From NCBI GenBank assembly GCA_965262725.1, contig OZ253555.1, forward strand, positions 960,001 through 1,024,000: 64,000 nucleotides of DNA, read 5' to 3'. The notes under the pieces were generated by a model. That model had not been told where the DNA came from, did not search any database, and worked only from the letters and a program-made list of their open reading frames with translations. The DNA is from Dehalococcoidia bacterium. GTDB lineage: Bacteria; Chloroflexota; Dehalococcoidia; UBA2979. A program made the position numbers and the translations under genes. Positions 20,333 to 31,431 of the stretch are shown here, piece by piece; position 1 is the first letter of the stretch, and each line of letters begins with the position of its first letter.

Positions 20333-22363
20333 CTATCTCGTGGCCGCCGCCTCCCGCTCGACGAGCCGGGCGGCGCGTCGAGCCACCTCCTCGGCCGTGA
20401 ACCCGAACTGCTCGAAGAGCACCGGCCCCGGTGCGGAGGCGCCGAAACGGTCGAGACCCATTGCCTCGCCGCGGTCGCCGACGTAGCGGTGCCACCCCAT
20501 CGTCGCGGCGGCCTCGATGGAGAGGCGCGCGCGGACGGCGGAGGGGATGACCTGCTCCCGGTAGGAGGCCGGCTGCTCGTCGAAGAGCTCCCAGCTCGGC
20601 ATGCTGACGACGCGTGCGCCCATGCCGCGCTCGGCGAGCAGGTCGCGCGCCGAGCACGCGAGCGTGACCTCCGATCCCGTGGCGAGCAGCAGCACGTCGG
20701 GCGTTTCGCCCACGCTCTCCGGCGCGTCGTGGAGCACGTAGCCGCCTCGCGCCGCCCCGGCGTGCACGCGTTCGGCCGGGCCGAGCACCGGCAGCCCCTG
20801 CCGCGAGAGCGCGAGGGCGGCCGGCGCGCCCCGCTCGATGGCGAGGCGCCAGCACGCAGCCGCCTCGTTCGCGTCGGCCGGCCGGTAGACGGTGAGCCCG
20901 GGCATCGCGCGCAGCGAGGCGAGGTGCTCCACAGGCTGATGCGTGGGGCCGTCCTCACCCAGTCCGATGGAGTCGTGCGTGAAGACGAAGATCGCGTGCA
21001 GCCGCTGCAACGCCGCGAGGCGCAGTGCGGGGCGCATGTAGTCGGAGAAGATCAGGAAGGTCGCGCCGAACGGCAGCACGCCGCCGTGGAGCGCCATCCC
21101 GTTCACGACGTTGCCCATCGCGTGCTCGCGCACGCCGAAGCGCATGTTGCGCCCACCGGGCAACTCGGCCGCGTGGTCGTCGTACCCGTCGAGGTAGGTG
21201 TTGGTCGAGGGCGCGAGATCGGCGGAGCCGCCGATGAGCGTCGGCAGCATCCCCGCGATCGCGTTGAGCACGCGCCCCGAGGCGGCGCGGGTCGCGAGCG
21301 GCCGCTCCCCGGGCTCGAAGGAGGGGATCGCCTCCTCCCACCCCGCGGGGAGCTCGCCATCGAGGGTCGCGCGGAACTCCGCCGCGAGCCCGGGGTGCGC
21401 GCGCCCGTAGTCCCCGAGCAGGGCCCGCCACGCCGCCTCCTGAGCGCGCCCGCGCTCGCGGGCGCTCCCCATCTCGGCGCGCACCGCCTCCGGCACGTGG
21501 AAGGCGGGCTCCTCCGGCCAGCCGAGGGCACGCTTGGAGAGGCGGACCTCCTCCTCGCCGAGGGGTGCGCCGTGAGCGCTCGCGGTGCCGGCCTTGTTCG
21601 GGCTGCCGTGGGCGATGGTCGTCGTGACGATGATGAGGGAGGGCTTCCCCTCCTCGGCGCGCGCGCGCGGAATCGCCGCTGCGATCGCGTCGAGGTCGGT
21701 GCCGTCCGGGACCTCGTCGACGTCCCAGCCGTAGGCGCGGAAGCGCGCGGCGACATCCTCGCGGAAGGCGAGGTCGGTGTCCCCCTCGATCGAGATCCCG
21801 TTGTCGTCGTAGAGGTAGACGATGCGCCCCAGACCGAGTGTTCCCGCGAGCGAGGCGGCCTCCGATGCGACGCCCTCCATCAGATCGCCGTCGGAGACGA
21901 TGCCGTAGACGCCGTGGTCGACCACCGGGAAGCCCGGGCGGTTGTAGCGCGCCGCCAGGAAGCGCCCGGCGACGGCCATCCCCACCCCCATCGCGAAGCC
22001 CGCGCCGAGCGGCCCGGTGGTGAGCTCCACCCCCGGCGTGTCGTTGCGCTCAGGATGGCCCGGCGTGCGGCTCTCCCACTGCCGGAAGCGCTCGATCTCC
22101 GCGAGCGGGAGGTCGTAGCCCGTGAGGTGCAGCAGCGAGTAGAGGAGCATCGAGGCGTGGCCGGCGGAGAGCACGAATCGGTCGCGGTCCGGCCAGTCGG
22201 GGTTCTCGGGGTTGTGCCGGAGGAAGCGTGTCCAGAGCGCGTGCGCCATCGGCGCCGCGCCCATCGGCGCTCCCGGGTGGCCCGAGTTCGCCTTCTGCAC
22301 GGCGTCCATCGACAGCGTCCGGATCGTGTTGACGCCGAGCTCGTCGATGCTCCGGCTCGCCAT
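20333..22363 (-). CDS. tkt: Transketolase
   Basis: [50 protein letters not shown]. Confidence 0.96.
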   Translation of the reverse strand: MASRSIDELGVNTIRTLSMDAVQKANSGHPGAPMGAAPMAHALWTRFLRHNPENPDWPDRDRFVLSAGHASMLLYSLLHLTGYDLPLAEIERFRQWESRTPGHPERNDTPGVELTTGPLGAGFAMGVGMAVAGRFLAARYNRPGFPVVDHGVYGIVSDGDLMEGVASEAASLAGTLGLGRIVYLYDDNGISIEGDTDLAFREDVAARFRAYGWDVDEVPDGTDLDAIAAAIPRARAEEGKPSLIIVTTTIAHGSPNKAGTASAHGAPLGEEEVRLSKRALGWPEEPAFHVPEAVRAEMGSARERGRAQEAAWRALLGDYGRAHPGLAAEFRATLDGELPAGWEEAIPSFEPGERPLATRAASGRVLNAIAGMLPTLIGGSADLAPSTNTYLDGYDDHAAELPGGRNMRFGVREHAMGNVVNGMALHGGVLPFGATFLIFSDYMRPALRLAALQRLHAIFVFTHDSIGLGEDGPTHQPVEHLASLRAMPGLTVYRPADANEAAACWRLAIERGAPAALALSRQGLPVLGPAERVHAGAARGGYVLHDAPESVGETPDVLLLATGSEVTLACSARDLLAERGMGARVVSMPSWELFDEQPASYREQVIPSAVRARLSIEAAATMGWHRYVGDRGEAMGLDRFGASAPGPVLFEQFGFTAEEVARRAARLVEREAAATR

Positions 22364-22552
22364 GCGCGCGTCCCCTCTCGTCGCCGCCGGTACATTCTGT
22401 GCCACCGGGTGCGAACAGCGCGAGCAGGACGGCGCTTCCGCGCAGGATCGCGCTCGTGCCGGTGGAGGCCCGGCGGGGGTGTCAGGCTGGCCGCGCGCGT
22501 AAGCTGGCGGCCAGGGAGCGCGTCCCGCTCCGGGCAGCTGCGAGGGGGAGCC

Positions 22553-23914
22553 GTGGCCGACGTGCCGGGAAGGGACTCGGGGAGCGCGTCGGGGCGGCTC
22601 GTGATTCCCTTCCGGGAGCGGCGCCTCTCCAACGGCCTGCGCGTTATCGTCTCGCCCGACGACTCGGCCCCCGTCGTCACGGTGGCCGTCTACTACAACG
22701 TCGGCTTCCGGCTGGAGCCGCGCGGCCGGACGGGCTTCGCCCACCTCTTCGAGCACCTCATGTTTCAGGGCTCGGAGCAGATGGCGAAGCTGGAGTTCAT
22801 CCGCATCGTCCAGCAGACGGGGGGTCTCCTGAACGGGACGACGCGCCCGGACTTCACCAACTACTTCGAGACGCTCCCCGCGCACGCGTTGGAGCTCGCT
22901 CTCTGGATGGAGGCGGACCGCATGCGCGGCCCCGTCATCACCCAGGCCGAGCTCGATAACCAGCGCGACGTGGTGAAGAACGAGATCCGGGTGAACGTCC
23001 TCAACCGCCCGTACGGCGGCTTTCCCTGGATCGATCTTGGAGAGCGGGCCTTTCGGAATTGGGCGAACGCCCACAACGGCTACGGCGATATGCAGGATCT
23101 CGACGCGGCGACGCTTGAGGACGTGCGCGACTTCTTCGCCCGCTACTATGCGCCAGCCAATGCTGTGCTGGTCATGGTGGGTGACCTCGACGCTCCGGAG
23201 GCCCTGAGCCTCGCCGAGCGTCACTTCGACTCGATCCCCTCGTCGGCCGCGCCCGCCGAGCCCGACATCGCCGAGCCGCGACGCCTGCAGGAGGAGCGTT
23301 TCCACACGGTCGACGCGCTTGCCCATCTCCCCGCCCTCGCGGTGGGCTACCACGTGCCGGAGCGGGGCACGCGCGAGTTCTTCGCCCTGGGCCTCCTCGA
23401 TCAGGTACTGCTCCAGGGCGACGACGCACTGCTGCGCCGCGAGCTCGTCCACGAGCGCGGCCTCACCGACGAGCTGCACGGCGGCATGAATCTTCTGGGG
23501 AACATGTACAACGGCCGCACGCCGATGCTCTGGGCGCCGTGGCTCATTCACGGGCAGGAGGCGAACGCGGAGACGGTGCTCGGCGCCATCGACCCGGTGA
23601 TCGAGCGTGTGAGGACGCATCCGCTGCCGGCGGGCGACTTCGAGCGGGCGCGGCTGAAGGCCCGCTCCGCCCTCTACGAGACGGCGGGCGGCGGCATGTT
23701 CCCCGGCCTCGGACGGGCTGACCTGCTCGCGAGCTCCGCGCTGATCGACGGCGACCCCGCCTGGGTGAATGGCGTCGAGGAGAGACTGGAGGAGCTGACC
23801 CCCGAGGTCGTTGTGCATGCGGCGCGGGAGTACCTCCGCCCCACCAACCGCACCGTGCTCGCCGTTGAGGCTGGAGCGGGCGCGGCGGCGTCCACTGCCG
23901 GCGGTGCGCCGTGA
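22553..23914 (+). CDS. M16 (pitrilysin) family zinc peptidase, catalytic subunit
   Basis: [14 protein letters not shown] (HxxEH), [17 protein letters not shown]. Confidence 0.9.
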   Translation: MADVPGRDSGSASGRLVIPFRERRLSNGLRVIVSPDDSAPVVTVAVYYNVGFRLEPRGRTGFAHLFEHLMFQGSEQMAKLEFIRIVQQTGGLLNGTTRPDFTNYFETLPAHALELALWMEADRMRGPVITQAELDNQRDVVKNEIRVNVLNRPYGGFPWIDLGERAFRNWANAHNGYGDMQDLDAATLEDVRDFFARYYAPANAVLVMVGDLDAPEALSLAERHFDSIPSSAAPAEPDIAEPRRLQEERFHTVDALAHLPALAVGYHVPERGTREFFALGLLDQVLLQGDDALLRRELVHERGLTDELHGGMNLLGNMYNGRTPMLWAPWLIHGQEANAETVLGAIDPVIERVRTHPLPAGDFERARLKARSALYETAGGGMFPGLGRADLLASSALIDGDPAWVNGVEERLEELTPEVVVHAAREYLRPTNRTVLAVEAGAGAAASTAGGAP

Positions 23915-25269
23915 GCGGTCAGGGCCGCCCCGTCGTCGGCCGCCCCCCCGCCTGGCGGCTCGCGCCGCGCGAGGAGATCGAGCTCGCGGGGGGGCTCGGC
24001 GTGACGCTGGTACCGGTCGGCGCGGTGCCGAAGGCGACGCTGAGGCTCGTGACCGGCGCTGGGGCCGCGCTCGAGGCGCCGGGTGAGACCTGGCTCTCCA
24101 GGCTCCTAGCGCGTTACCTGAAGGAGGGCACCGCTGCCCGCGACGCCGCGGCCCTCGCCGACCATGTCGCCGGCCTCGGTGGCGAACTCGACGTCGACGC
24201 CGACGACGACAGCCTCTGGCTGGAAGTGCGCGTCCTCTCTGAGTTCGCGCCGGAGGCGGTGGAGCTGCTCGCGGAGGTCGTGCGCACGCCGGCCCTGCCG
24301 GAGGAGGCGCTGCCGAGGCTGCGCGCCGACCTCGGCCGGCAGCTCGAACTCGCCCGCTCCGAGCCCGGCTGGCTCACCCTCGAGCGCTTCCGCGGCGCAC
24401 TCTACGGCGCCCACCCCTACGGTCGCGTACTCGCCGACGCCGCGGAGATCGAGTCCTTCTCCCTTGCGTCCGTGCGCGCCTTCCTCGAGCGGGCGGTGGG
24501 GGCGGCGGGGAGCCGCCTCTACGTGGCGGGGAGCTTCGACGCTGAGGCAGTGGGCAGGGCGGCCTCCCGAGCACTCGGCGGCTGGGAGACGCCCCCGGCG
24601 GCGAAGGCTCCGGCTCCGGCTCCGGTCTCCGGACGGATGATTCACCTCGGCGACCGCCCCGGTGCCCCGCAGTCGACGATCCAGATCGGCCTCCCAGTGC
24701 CCGGCCCCGCGCACCCCGACTTCGTGCCGCTGATGGTTGCCGATGCGCTGCTGGGGGGCTCCTTCATGTCGCGGATCACGACCAACATCCGCGAGCAGAA
24801 GGGCTACACCTACTCGCCGCGGAGCAGCATCGGCGCGCTCCGCGGCGGCTCCTACTGGCTTGAGACGGCCGACGTGACCACCGCCGTGACGGGAGCCTCG
24901 CTTCGCGAGATCGTCGCGGAAATCGAGCGCCTCGGCTCAGAGCCGCCGCCGGTTCCCGAGCTGGCCGGCATCCAGAACTACGTCGCCGGCGTGCAGCTGA
25001 TGCGCGGCGCCACCGCACCGGGGCTCCTGGGGGTGCTCTCGTTCCTGGATCTGCACGATCTCGGCGAGGAGTGGGCCCAGAGCTTCGTCGCGCGGGTGTA
25101 CGCGGTGACGCCGGAGGACGTCAGGCGAGTCGTCGCCGAGCACCTGCGCCCGGAGGCGATGGCGATTGCGGTCACCGGCGACGCCGAGCAGATCACGGAG
25201 CAGCTGGTCCCCTTCGGCCCCATCGCCGGTGCCGGGGAGGGCCCGGGCGGCTCGGGCCCCGGGGGCTGA
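23911..25269 (+). CDS. M16 family peptidase, non-catalytic partner subunit
   Basis: No HxxEH; [27 protein letters not shown]; 4-nt overlap with upstream M16 gene. Confidence 0.87.
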   Translation: MSGQGRPVVGRPPAWRLAPREEIELAGGLGVTLVPVGAVPKATLRLVTGAGAALEAPGETWLSRLLARYLKEGTAARDAAALADHVAGLGGELDVDADDDSLWLEVRVLSEFAPEAVELLAEVVRTPALPEEALPRLRADLGRQLELARSEPGWLTLERFRGALYGAHPYGRVLADAAEIESFSLASVRAFLERAVGAAGSRLYVAGSFDAEAVGRAASRALGGWETPPAAKAPAPAPVSGRMIHLGDRPGAPQSTIQIGLPVPGPAHPDFVPLMVADALLGGSFMSRITTNIREQKGYTYSPRSSIGALRGGSYWLETADVTTAVTGASLREIVAEIERLGSEPPPVPELAGIQNYVAGVQLMRGATAPGLLGVLSFLDLHDLGEEWAQSFVARVYAVTPEDVRRVVAEHLRPEAMAIAVTGDAEQITEQLVPFGPIAGAGEGPGGSGPGG

Positions 25270-25369
25270 CTTCGACCGCCGCGCCCGGCGAGCGGCGGTC
25301 GGCTATGGTGGCATCCCGCCGCGTGCACAGCGCCAGCGGGGACGGCCCCGGACGGATCGGGAGTGGACG

Positions 25370-25933
25370 ATGAGCGACGCCTCCAGGCCCCCGGCCGTCC
25401 CGCCGCGGCGCGAGAAGAGTGCCGACGAGCTCATCCAGGAGGCGATGCACGAACTCCCGTACGGGATCTACATCATCGGGTCGGTCCGCGACGGGGAGCC
25501 CAACGGCATGATCGCCGACTGGGTTATGCAGGTCTCGTTCCGGCCGCGGCTGCTCGCGGTCGCCTTTGAGCGCAGCTCCTACAGTCTGGCGAGCATCCGC
25601 GGCTGCCGCGCCTTCACGGTGAACCTCCTAGCGGAGGACGGGATGACCTTGGCGGCGCGCTTCCTCCAGCCGCGGCAGGGGGCGAAGATCCGGGGCCGCA
25701 GCGAGCAGGCACAGGCCCTCGTGCACCGCAAGCTGGACGGGGTCGAGTACACGGTCGATGGGCGGGGTTGCCCGCTGCTCGCGGATGCGCTCGCGGTCTA
25801 CGAGTGCGAGGCCGAGCAGTTCGTCGACGCCGGCGACCATGAGCTCGTCGTGGGCCGCGTGCTCGACGCGCGGCTGCTCCGCTCGGCGGATCCCCTGACG
25901 TCCGTCTACACGGGCTGGAGCTACTCCGGCTGA
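25370..25933 (+). CDS. Flavin reductase-like (split-barrel FMN-binding) protein
   Basis: WVMQVSFRP, FTVNLL, AGDHELVVGRV. Confidence 0.85.
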   Translation: MSDASRPPAVPPRREKSADELIQEAMHELPYGIYIIGSVRDGEPNGMIADWVMQVSFRPRLLAVAFERSSYSLASIRGCRAFTVNLLAEDGMTLAARFLQPRQGAKIRGRSEQAQALVHRKLDGVEYTVDGRGCPLLADALAVYECEAEQFVDAGDHELVVGRVLDARLLRSADPLTSVYTGWSYSG

Positions 25934-25936
25934 CGG

Positions 25937-25977
25937 CGCGCCCGCCGCGCCCCGGCGCCCCGGGCGCGGCGGGCGCG
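25937..25977 (+). terminator. Perfect 16-bp GC hairpin downstream of the flavin reductase gene
   Basis: cgcgcccgccgcgccc (25937-25952) / gggcgcggcgggcgcg (25962-25977); no U tract, so function is uncertain. Confidence 0.45.
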
Positions 25978-25988
25978 GCACGGAGGTC

Positions 25989-27170
25989 GTGATGGTCGCC
26001 CGCGGGGACCTCGACGCGGACATCGTCGTCGTCGGTGCCGGCATCGTCGGCCTCGCGGTCGCGGCCCGCCTGTCGCGGAAACGCTCCGTGGTCGTGATCG
26101 AGAGGCGAGACGGGCCGGCGCTTGAGACGAGCGCGCACAACTCCCAGGTCGTGCACGCCGGCATCTACTACCCGACCGGGTCGCGGAAGCACCTGCTCTG
26201 CCTCGCCGGCAACCGCGCGCTCTACGCGTGGTGCGAGGAGCGCGGCGTCGCGGTCGCGCGCACGGGCAAGCTGGTCGCGGCGCTCGCCGAGAGCGAGCTC
26301 TCGGGCCTCGAGGCCGTCTGGGAGCAGGCAGCAGCCAACGGCGTCTCAGGCATGAGGCGGCTGACCGCTGCCGAGGCGCGGGCCGTGGAGCCGGCCGTGC
26401 CGTTCGCGGCGGCGCTCCACTCCGAGTCCTCCGGCGTCGTCGACGCCGCGGGCTTCGCGCGCTCGCTCGAGAGCGCCGCGCGCGATCGGGGAGCGCTCGT
26501 CGCCTACCGCCACGAGCTCCGGGGGACGGTGCGCGGCGCGGGCGGCTTCGCTTTGGAGGTGGCGGACCCGGACGGTGCCCCGCAGGAGCTGCGGTGCGCC
26601 GCCCTCGTGAACGCGGCCGGCCACGGGGCGCCGCCCGTCGCCCGGTCGGCCGGCTACCCACTCGACGGTGGCGGGGACGGCGGGGAAGCTGTCCCGGTGC
26701 TCCGGCAGCGCGTGAACAAGGGACGCTACTACGACGTCGTGGACCCCGCCCTGGCGCGCAGCGTGTCGCGTCACATCTACCCGATCCCGCGCGAGGGGGG
26801 CGGCATGGCGGGGCACCTCGCGCGTGCCGGCGGGCTGGGCGTGCACCTGACGGTCGATCTCGATGGCGGCCTCCGCCTCGGGCCGGACACTGAATGGCTC
26901 CCGGAGGGCGCGCCGCTCGACTACCGCGCGGGCGACGACCGGCGTCCGGAGTTCTTGGAGGCGGGTCGCCGGCTGCTCCCGACCCTGCGCGCGGGCGACA
27001 TCGCCCCGGGGCAGGTCGGCTACCGCCCGAAACTGCACGGTCCGGGAGAGCCGGCGGCCGACTTCCTGATCTGGCACGACCGCGGGTACCTGCACCTGGG
27101 GGGGATCGAGTCGCCGGGGCTCACCGCCTCGCTCGCCATCGCCGACGAGGTCGCCGCGCTCCTGCTCTGA
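25989..27170 (+). CDS. FAD-dependent oxidoreductase, L-2-hydroxyglutarate oxidase (LhgO)-like
   Basis: VGAGIVGLA, ETSAHNSQVVHAGIYY, GLGVHLT, GIESPGLTASLAIA. Confidence 0.85.
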   Translation: MMVARGDLDADIVVVGAGIVGLAVAARLSRKRSVVVIERRDGPALETSAHNSQVVHAGIYYPTGSRKHLLCLAGNRALYAWCEERGVAVARTGKLVAALAESELSGLEAVWEQAAANGVSGMRRLTAAEARAVEPAVPFAAALHSESSGVVDAAGFARSLESAARDRGALVAYRHELRGTVRGAGGFALEVADPDGAPQELRCAALVNAAGHGAPPVARSAGYPLDGGGDGGEAVPVLRQRVNKGRYYDVVDPALARSVSRHIYPIPREGGGMAGHLARAGGLGVHLTVDLDGGLRLGPDTEWLPEGAPLDYRAGDDRRPEFLEAGRRLLPTLRAGDIAPGQVGYRPKLHGPGEPAADFLIWHDRGYLHLGGIESPGLTASLAIADEVAALLL

Positions 27171-27218
27171 CGGGCGGCGAGCGGTGGTCCGGCTGTGGGG
27201 CGGCGGCCGGCGCCGCGC

Positions 27219-28433
27219 CTACTCGCCGGTTCGGAGGTCGACGTCCCTCAGGGCGAGCGTGGCGAACTCCCCGTTGTGGTAGGTGACGACCGCGTATGTC
27301 GCGACGGTGACATCGCCGACCTCGTCGAGGTTGATCGGCCCACTCGCCCCGACGTAATCGATATTCACGCCGTTCTGGATTAGCTCGGAGCACTGCCCGT
27401 AGCTTGAGCACTCGATCCCGCCGCGCGTGATGCCCGAGAGCCCCTCCATCACTGCCGCTCCGCCGGTTCCGCCCGCGCTCTCCGCGGCGAGCGCGAGCAG
27501 CACCACGCAGTCGTAGACGGCGGCGGGGTAGGCCGCCGTGCCCGGGGTGGGGACGGTGAGCCGCGTGTTGAAGGCCCCCCGCGTGGCCGGCTGGACCAGC
27601 CTCAACCCGTCCACTGCGGTCGGGTCGTCGGGGTCGATCTGGCTCGCGAGATTCGGATCGGCGAGCCCGTTGCCGAGGTACTGCCGGTCGGGTCCGTAGC
27701 CGGCCTCGATCAGGCCGCGGATGAGCGGCACGCCCTCGGAGAAGACGAGGTTGACGACGGCGTCCGCGCGGTGGTTCACGACCGCTTCGATCTCGGCGTC
27801 GAACGTCGTCGCCCGGGGGGCGTAGAGCACGACCGTGACCTCGATGCCGATCTCCGGGAGCAGCCGCGCGAGCTCGCCTGAGAGCGGGCGCCCCCAGTCG
27901 TCGTCGCGCGCGACGATCGCGATCCGGGCATGCCCGTCGTCCGCGATGAGGCCGGCGAGAAGCGGGGCGATCGCCCGGTCGGACGGCACCGTGCGGACGT
28001 AGTAGGCGGCGTTCTCCTGCGTGGTGAACGCCGGCGAGGTGTTCGAACCCGCGCATTGCGGAACGCGCTCCCGGAAGAGCGTGCCGATGAACGACTGCGA
28101 CACGCCGGAGGCGCCCGCCCCCACGATCGCGTCCACCCCCTCGCCGAGGAGCCGGTCGACGGCGGCGACCGCGACCGCGGGGTCTGTGCCCGAGTCGGCA
28201 AGCGTGACGGTGTGAAGTCCGCCCGCGGCCCGGATGTCCGCTTCGGCCAGCCTGACGGCCTCGATCATCGGGAGTCCGATGCTCGAGAGTGAGCCAGTCT
28301 CCGGGAGGACGGCGCCGATGTGGAGCGCGACCCCCTCGGAGTCGCCCGCGTCGCCGCAGGCGCGCACCTCGACAAGGGCTGCGAGCAGCACCGCACCGAC
28401 GATCAGCCCGAGCCGCGGGAGCGTGAGTCGCAT
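27219..28433 (-). CDS. ABC transporter substrate-binding protein, branched-chain amino acid (LivK-like) type
   Basis: Hydrophobic N-terminus ending in a Cys (possible lipobox); IGAVLPETGSL, RTVPSD, IDYVGASG. Confidence 0.85.
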   Translation of the reverse strand: MRLTLPRLGLIVGAVLLAALVEVRACGDAGDSEGVALHIGAVLPETGSLSSIGLPMIEAVRLAEADIRAAGGLHTVTLADSGTDPAVAVAAVDRLLGEGVDAIVGAGASGVSQSFIGTLFRERVPQCAGSNTSPAFTTQENAAYYVRTVPSDRAIAPLLAGLIADDGHARIAIVARDDDWGRPLSGELARLLPEIGIEVTVVLYAPRATTFDAEIEAVVNHRADAVVNLVFSEGVPLIRGLIEAGYGPDRQYLGNGLADPNLASQIDPDDPTAVDGLRLVQPATRGAFNTRLTVPTPGTAAYPAAVYDCVVLLALAAESAGGTGGAAVMEGLSGITRGGIECSSYGQCSELIQNGVNIDYVGASGPINLDEVGDVTVATYAVVTYHNGEFATLALRDVDLRTGE

Positions 28434-28493
28434 CTCCCAGGGAGCATACCGGAACCGAGTCGTCTCCCGGCTCCCGCGCCCGGCGTGCTCCGA

Positions 28494-30003
28494 CTAGCCG
28501 ATCGCGTCGAGAAGCGCCGACGCCAGCGCGTCGTGGCCGGCCTCCCGTGGGTGGATGTCCGGCGGCGTCTCGGTCATGTGCGTGGCCGAGGCGGCGCGCC
28601 CGCTCAGGGGCGTGAAGCCGTCCGCGACCAGCACGCCACGCTCTCCCGCGAGCTTCGCCGCAATGGCGTTGAGCTCAGCTGTTACGCGCTCCGTGTCCCG
28701 CTCGAGGTCGACGTCAGAGCCGAAGCTGAACGGGTTGTAGGTGAGCAGGAATGCGACGGTCGCGTCGGGAGCGGCCTCGACGATCCGGTCCAGCACGCCG
28801 GCGAGGGTCTCGCGGTAGCTGGTGAGCGAGGCCTCGATACGGGCGGCGCAGGCTGGCATCTCCGCTCCCTCCGCGCAATCCGCGGATGCCAGGTGGGGGA
28901 TGATGTCGTTCCCCCCGATATCGAGCGCGATGTAGGCGACGTCGTTGCCCCCGATGAAGTCGAGTGCCGCCTGGAGCTGCCCGCCGCGCACCAGCGTCTC
29001 GGAGGTCTCGCCCGACTTCCCGAAATTGCGCAGCCCGTAGCGCCGTCCGTCCTTGAGCTCGAGATGGCGGTGGAGCCGCGAGACGTAGCCGTCGCGCAAC
29101 TGCGCGACGCCGAGGCCCGACGCGAGCGAGTCGCCGAGCACGACGTAGTAGCGATCGCTCGGCGCCTCGACGCTGTTCACCTCTCCGGGACCGAGCCTCT
29201 CGGCCAGGGGACTCGCCCCGGTACCGAGCGTCGCGGCGCGCCCGCTGAGGCTGGCGACGACCGTCTCGGAGGTGAGAACCTCGCCGTCTCCCTGCGTGCC
29301 GATCACCACCAGCGCGCCGTCCTCGAGTTCTAGGGACTGCACGCTGACCCTGTACTCGGCGAGGGACTCGTTGAGGTCGGTCACCTGCTCGACGAGTCCC
29401 TCCAACGCGTCGCGCACGATCCCCGGGACGGAGAAGGCGCCGGCCTCGACGTTCCGGATCTCGAGCCCGATCTCACCGGCACGTACGCCGTAGGCCACCT
29501 CACCCGTGGCCGTGAGGTCGCCGCTCTTGAACTCGGCGCGGAAGGTCGCGCTCCCCGGCTTCTTGTCGGTGGCTCCGACGATCTCGAGGTCGACCCGGCG
29601 CAGGGGGCTCTCGATCTCCTGCAGGCCCTCCTGGATGAGCGCGGTGAGCTCGGGCTCGGTGAGCCGGACTCGGAAGGCGGCGTCGTTCTCCGCGGCCTCG
29701 CTCTTCTCTTCCGCGCGGCTGAGAGTGACCGGCTCCGGGGCATCGACGGGCCCGGTCGTAGCCGTGATGGCGGAGGCGAGCTGGTATCCGTGGTAGCCCC
29801 CGTAGGCCGCCGCGCAGCGTCGACGCCCCGAAGAGGAGGAGCAGGGGAACGAGCGTGCGGCGGGGGACGAAGCCGGCGCCGAGGGTGGCTAGGGCGAACA
29901 GCAGGAAGAGGGCGCCCGCCGCACGCTCGCCCACGGTAAAGAGCGCGAGCCCGGGGACGACGGTGATAGCCACCACGCCGACGAGGATGGTCGCGATGCG
30001 CAT
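28494..30003 (-). pseudogene. Membrane-anchored SGNH/GDSL hydrolase with one frameshift near 29814 (real mutation or assembly error)
   Basis: Hydrophobic N-terminus from 30003 (..FGASTL) switches frame into AAAYGGYHGYQL..., which runs unbroken into LGDSLASG, GGND, DIHP; the 1510-nt span is 3n+1. Confidence 0.75.
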
Positions 30004-30096
30004 CGTGCCTCCCGGTCTCGTGCTCTAGGGCTCCGCGCGCGATGCTTCAGCGTAGCGGCTCATCGCGGCGCCGCCGCGGTCAGTGAGGTGCGTGCG

Positions 30097-31431
30097 ATGG
30101 AGCAGACATCGGCCGACGGCTCAGGGGAGGAGACGGCGGCCCTCGTCGAGCGGCTGTGGAGCGGACGCGAGCGCGTGTCAATGCTGGCTCGGGCCGCGCG
30201 ACCGATGAGTGCCGGGAGCGCGACCGACTGGGGCATTCCGGCCTCCGTCGACGCTCCGAACGACCTGATCATGCTCGGGGGCGGCATCCCCGACCCGGAG
30301 ACCCTTCCGCGGGCCGACCTACTCGAGGCACTGAGGCGGGTGCTTGAGGTGCCGGACGACGGCGCGCTCCGCTACGGCGGTCCGCTGGGCCACGATCCGT
30401 TGCGCGAGGCGATCGCACGCCGCAGCGCCGACGGGTCGGGCGCCGAGCAGATCATGCTCACGAACGGCTCGGCCGGCGCCATCGACACCGTCTGCTCGAC
30501 GTTCCTCGACCCGGGCGACGTCGTGGTCGTCGAGGCGCCGACCTTCTCCGGCTCGACGCGCACCTTTCGCGGTCGCGGCGCCGACGTCTGGACCGTGCCC
30601 GTCGACGAGGACGGGCTCGACGTCGAGTCGCTCGCTGCGCTCCTTGCCCGCCTGGAGGCCGCCGGCCGCCGGGCGAAGCTCGTCTACACCATCCCCACCT
30701 ACCACAACCCGACGGGGGCGACGCTCCCGCTCGATCGGCGTCGTCGGCTGCTGCGCCTCGCCGCCGAGCACGGCGCGCTCGTGCTCGAGGACGACGCCTA
30801 CGGCGAGATCGCCTTCGACGATGCCCGCCTGCCGTCGCTCGCGGCACTCGCGGGTGGCGTCGGGGTGATCGCCGTGCGGACCTTCTCGAAGATCATCGCG
30901 ACGGGGCTCCGGGTGGGCTGGATCCGCGCGGAGGCGCCGCTCATCGAGCAGATGGCCGCCGTGCGCTACGACATGGGGAACAGCCCGCTGCTCCACCGCA
31001 TGCTCGTCGAGTACATGTCGGACGGACGGCTCGATGCGCACGTCGCTCGGATGCGTCCCCTCTACGACTCGCGCGCCCGCGCGCTCGCGGAGGCGCTCGT
31101 CGAGCATGCCGGGCCCTACGTCGATTTCGTCCCGCCGCGCGGGGGCTTCTTCCTCTGGGTGCGGCTGGCCGACGGCCTCTCTGCCCCCGCCCTGCAGCGG
31201 GCCGCGATGGAGGCGGGCGTGTCGTTCCCGGTGGGGCACGCCTTCTTCCCGGAGCGCGGCGCCGAGGGCGACCGGCACATCCGTCTCGCCTACTCCACGC
31301 TGCCCGAGCGGGAGCTGCGCGAGGCGGCGAGGCGTATCGGGCGCGCCTGTCAGCGCGTCTGCGCTCCCGTCGCGGGCCGCCCGGCCGGCAGGCGGCCCCA
31401 GACGAGGAGTCGCTTGAACGGGAAGAAGTAG
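30097..31431 (+). CDS. PLP-dependent aminotransferase class I/II (LysN/Aro8-like)
   Basis: GGGIPD, YHNPTG, EDDAYG, TFSKIIATGLRVGW. Confidence 0.9.
   Translation: MEQTSADGSGEETAALVERLWSGRERVSMLARAARPMSAGSATDWGIPASVDAPNDLIMLGGGIPDPETLPRADLLEALRRVLEVPDDGALRYGGPLGHDPLREAIARRSADGSGAEQIMLTNGSAGAIDTVCSTFLDPGDVVVVEAPTFSGSTRTFRGRGADVWTVPVDEDGLDVESLAALLARLEAAGRRAKLVYTIPTYHNPTGATLPLDRRRRLLRLAAEHGALVLEDDAYGEIAFDDARLPSLAALAGGVGVIAVRTFSKIIATGLRVGWIRAEAPLIEQMAAVRYDMGNSPLLHRMLVEYMSDGRLDAHVARMRPLYDSRARALAEALVEHAGPYVDFVPPRGGFFLWVRLADGLSAPALQRAAMEAGVSFPVGHAFFPERGAEGDRHIRLAYSTLPERELREAARRIGRACQRVCAPVAGRPAGRRPQTRSRLNGKK

Noticed and set aside
20489-22552. Long 5' extensions of the 1141-aa (+) and 1161-aa (-) ORFs, suggesting giant fusion proteins
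   Set aside because: They are antisense shadows of tkt and the M16 gene; stop codons are scarce in high-GC DNA, and recognisable domains start at 22553 and 22363
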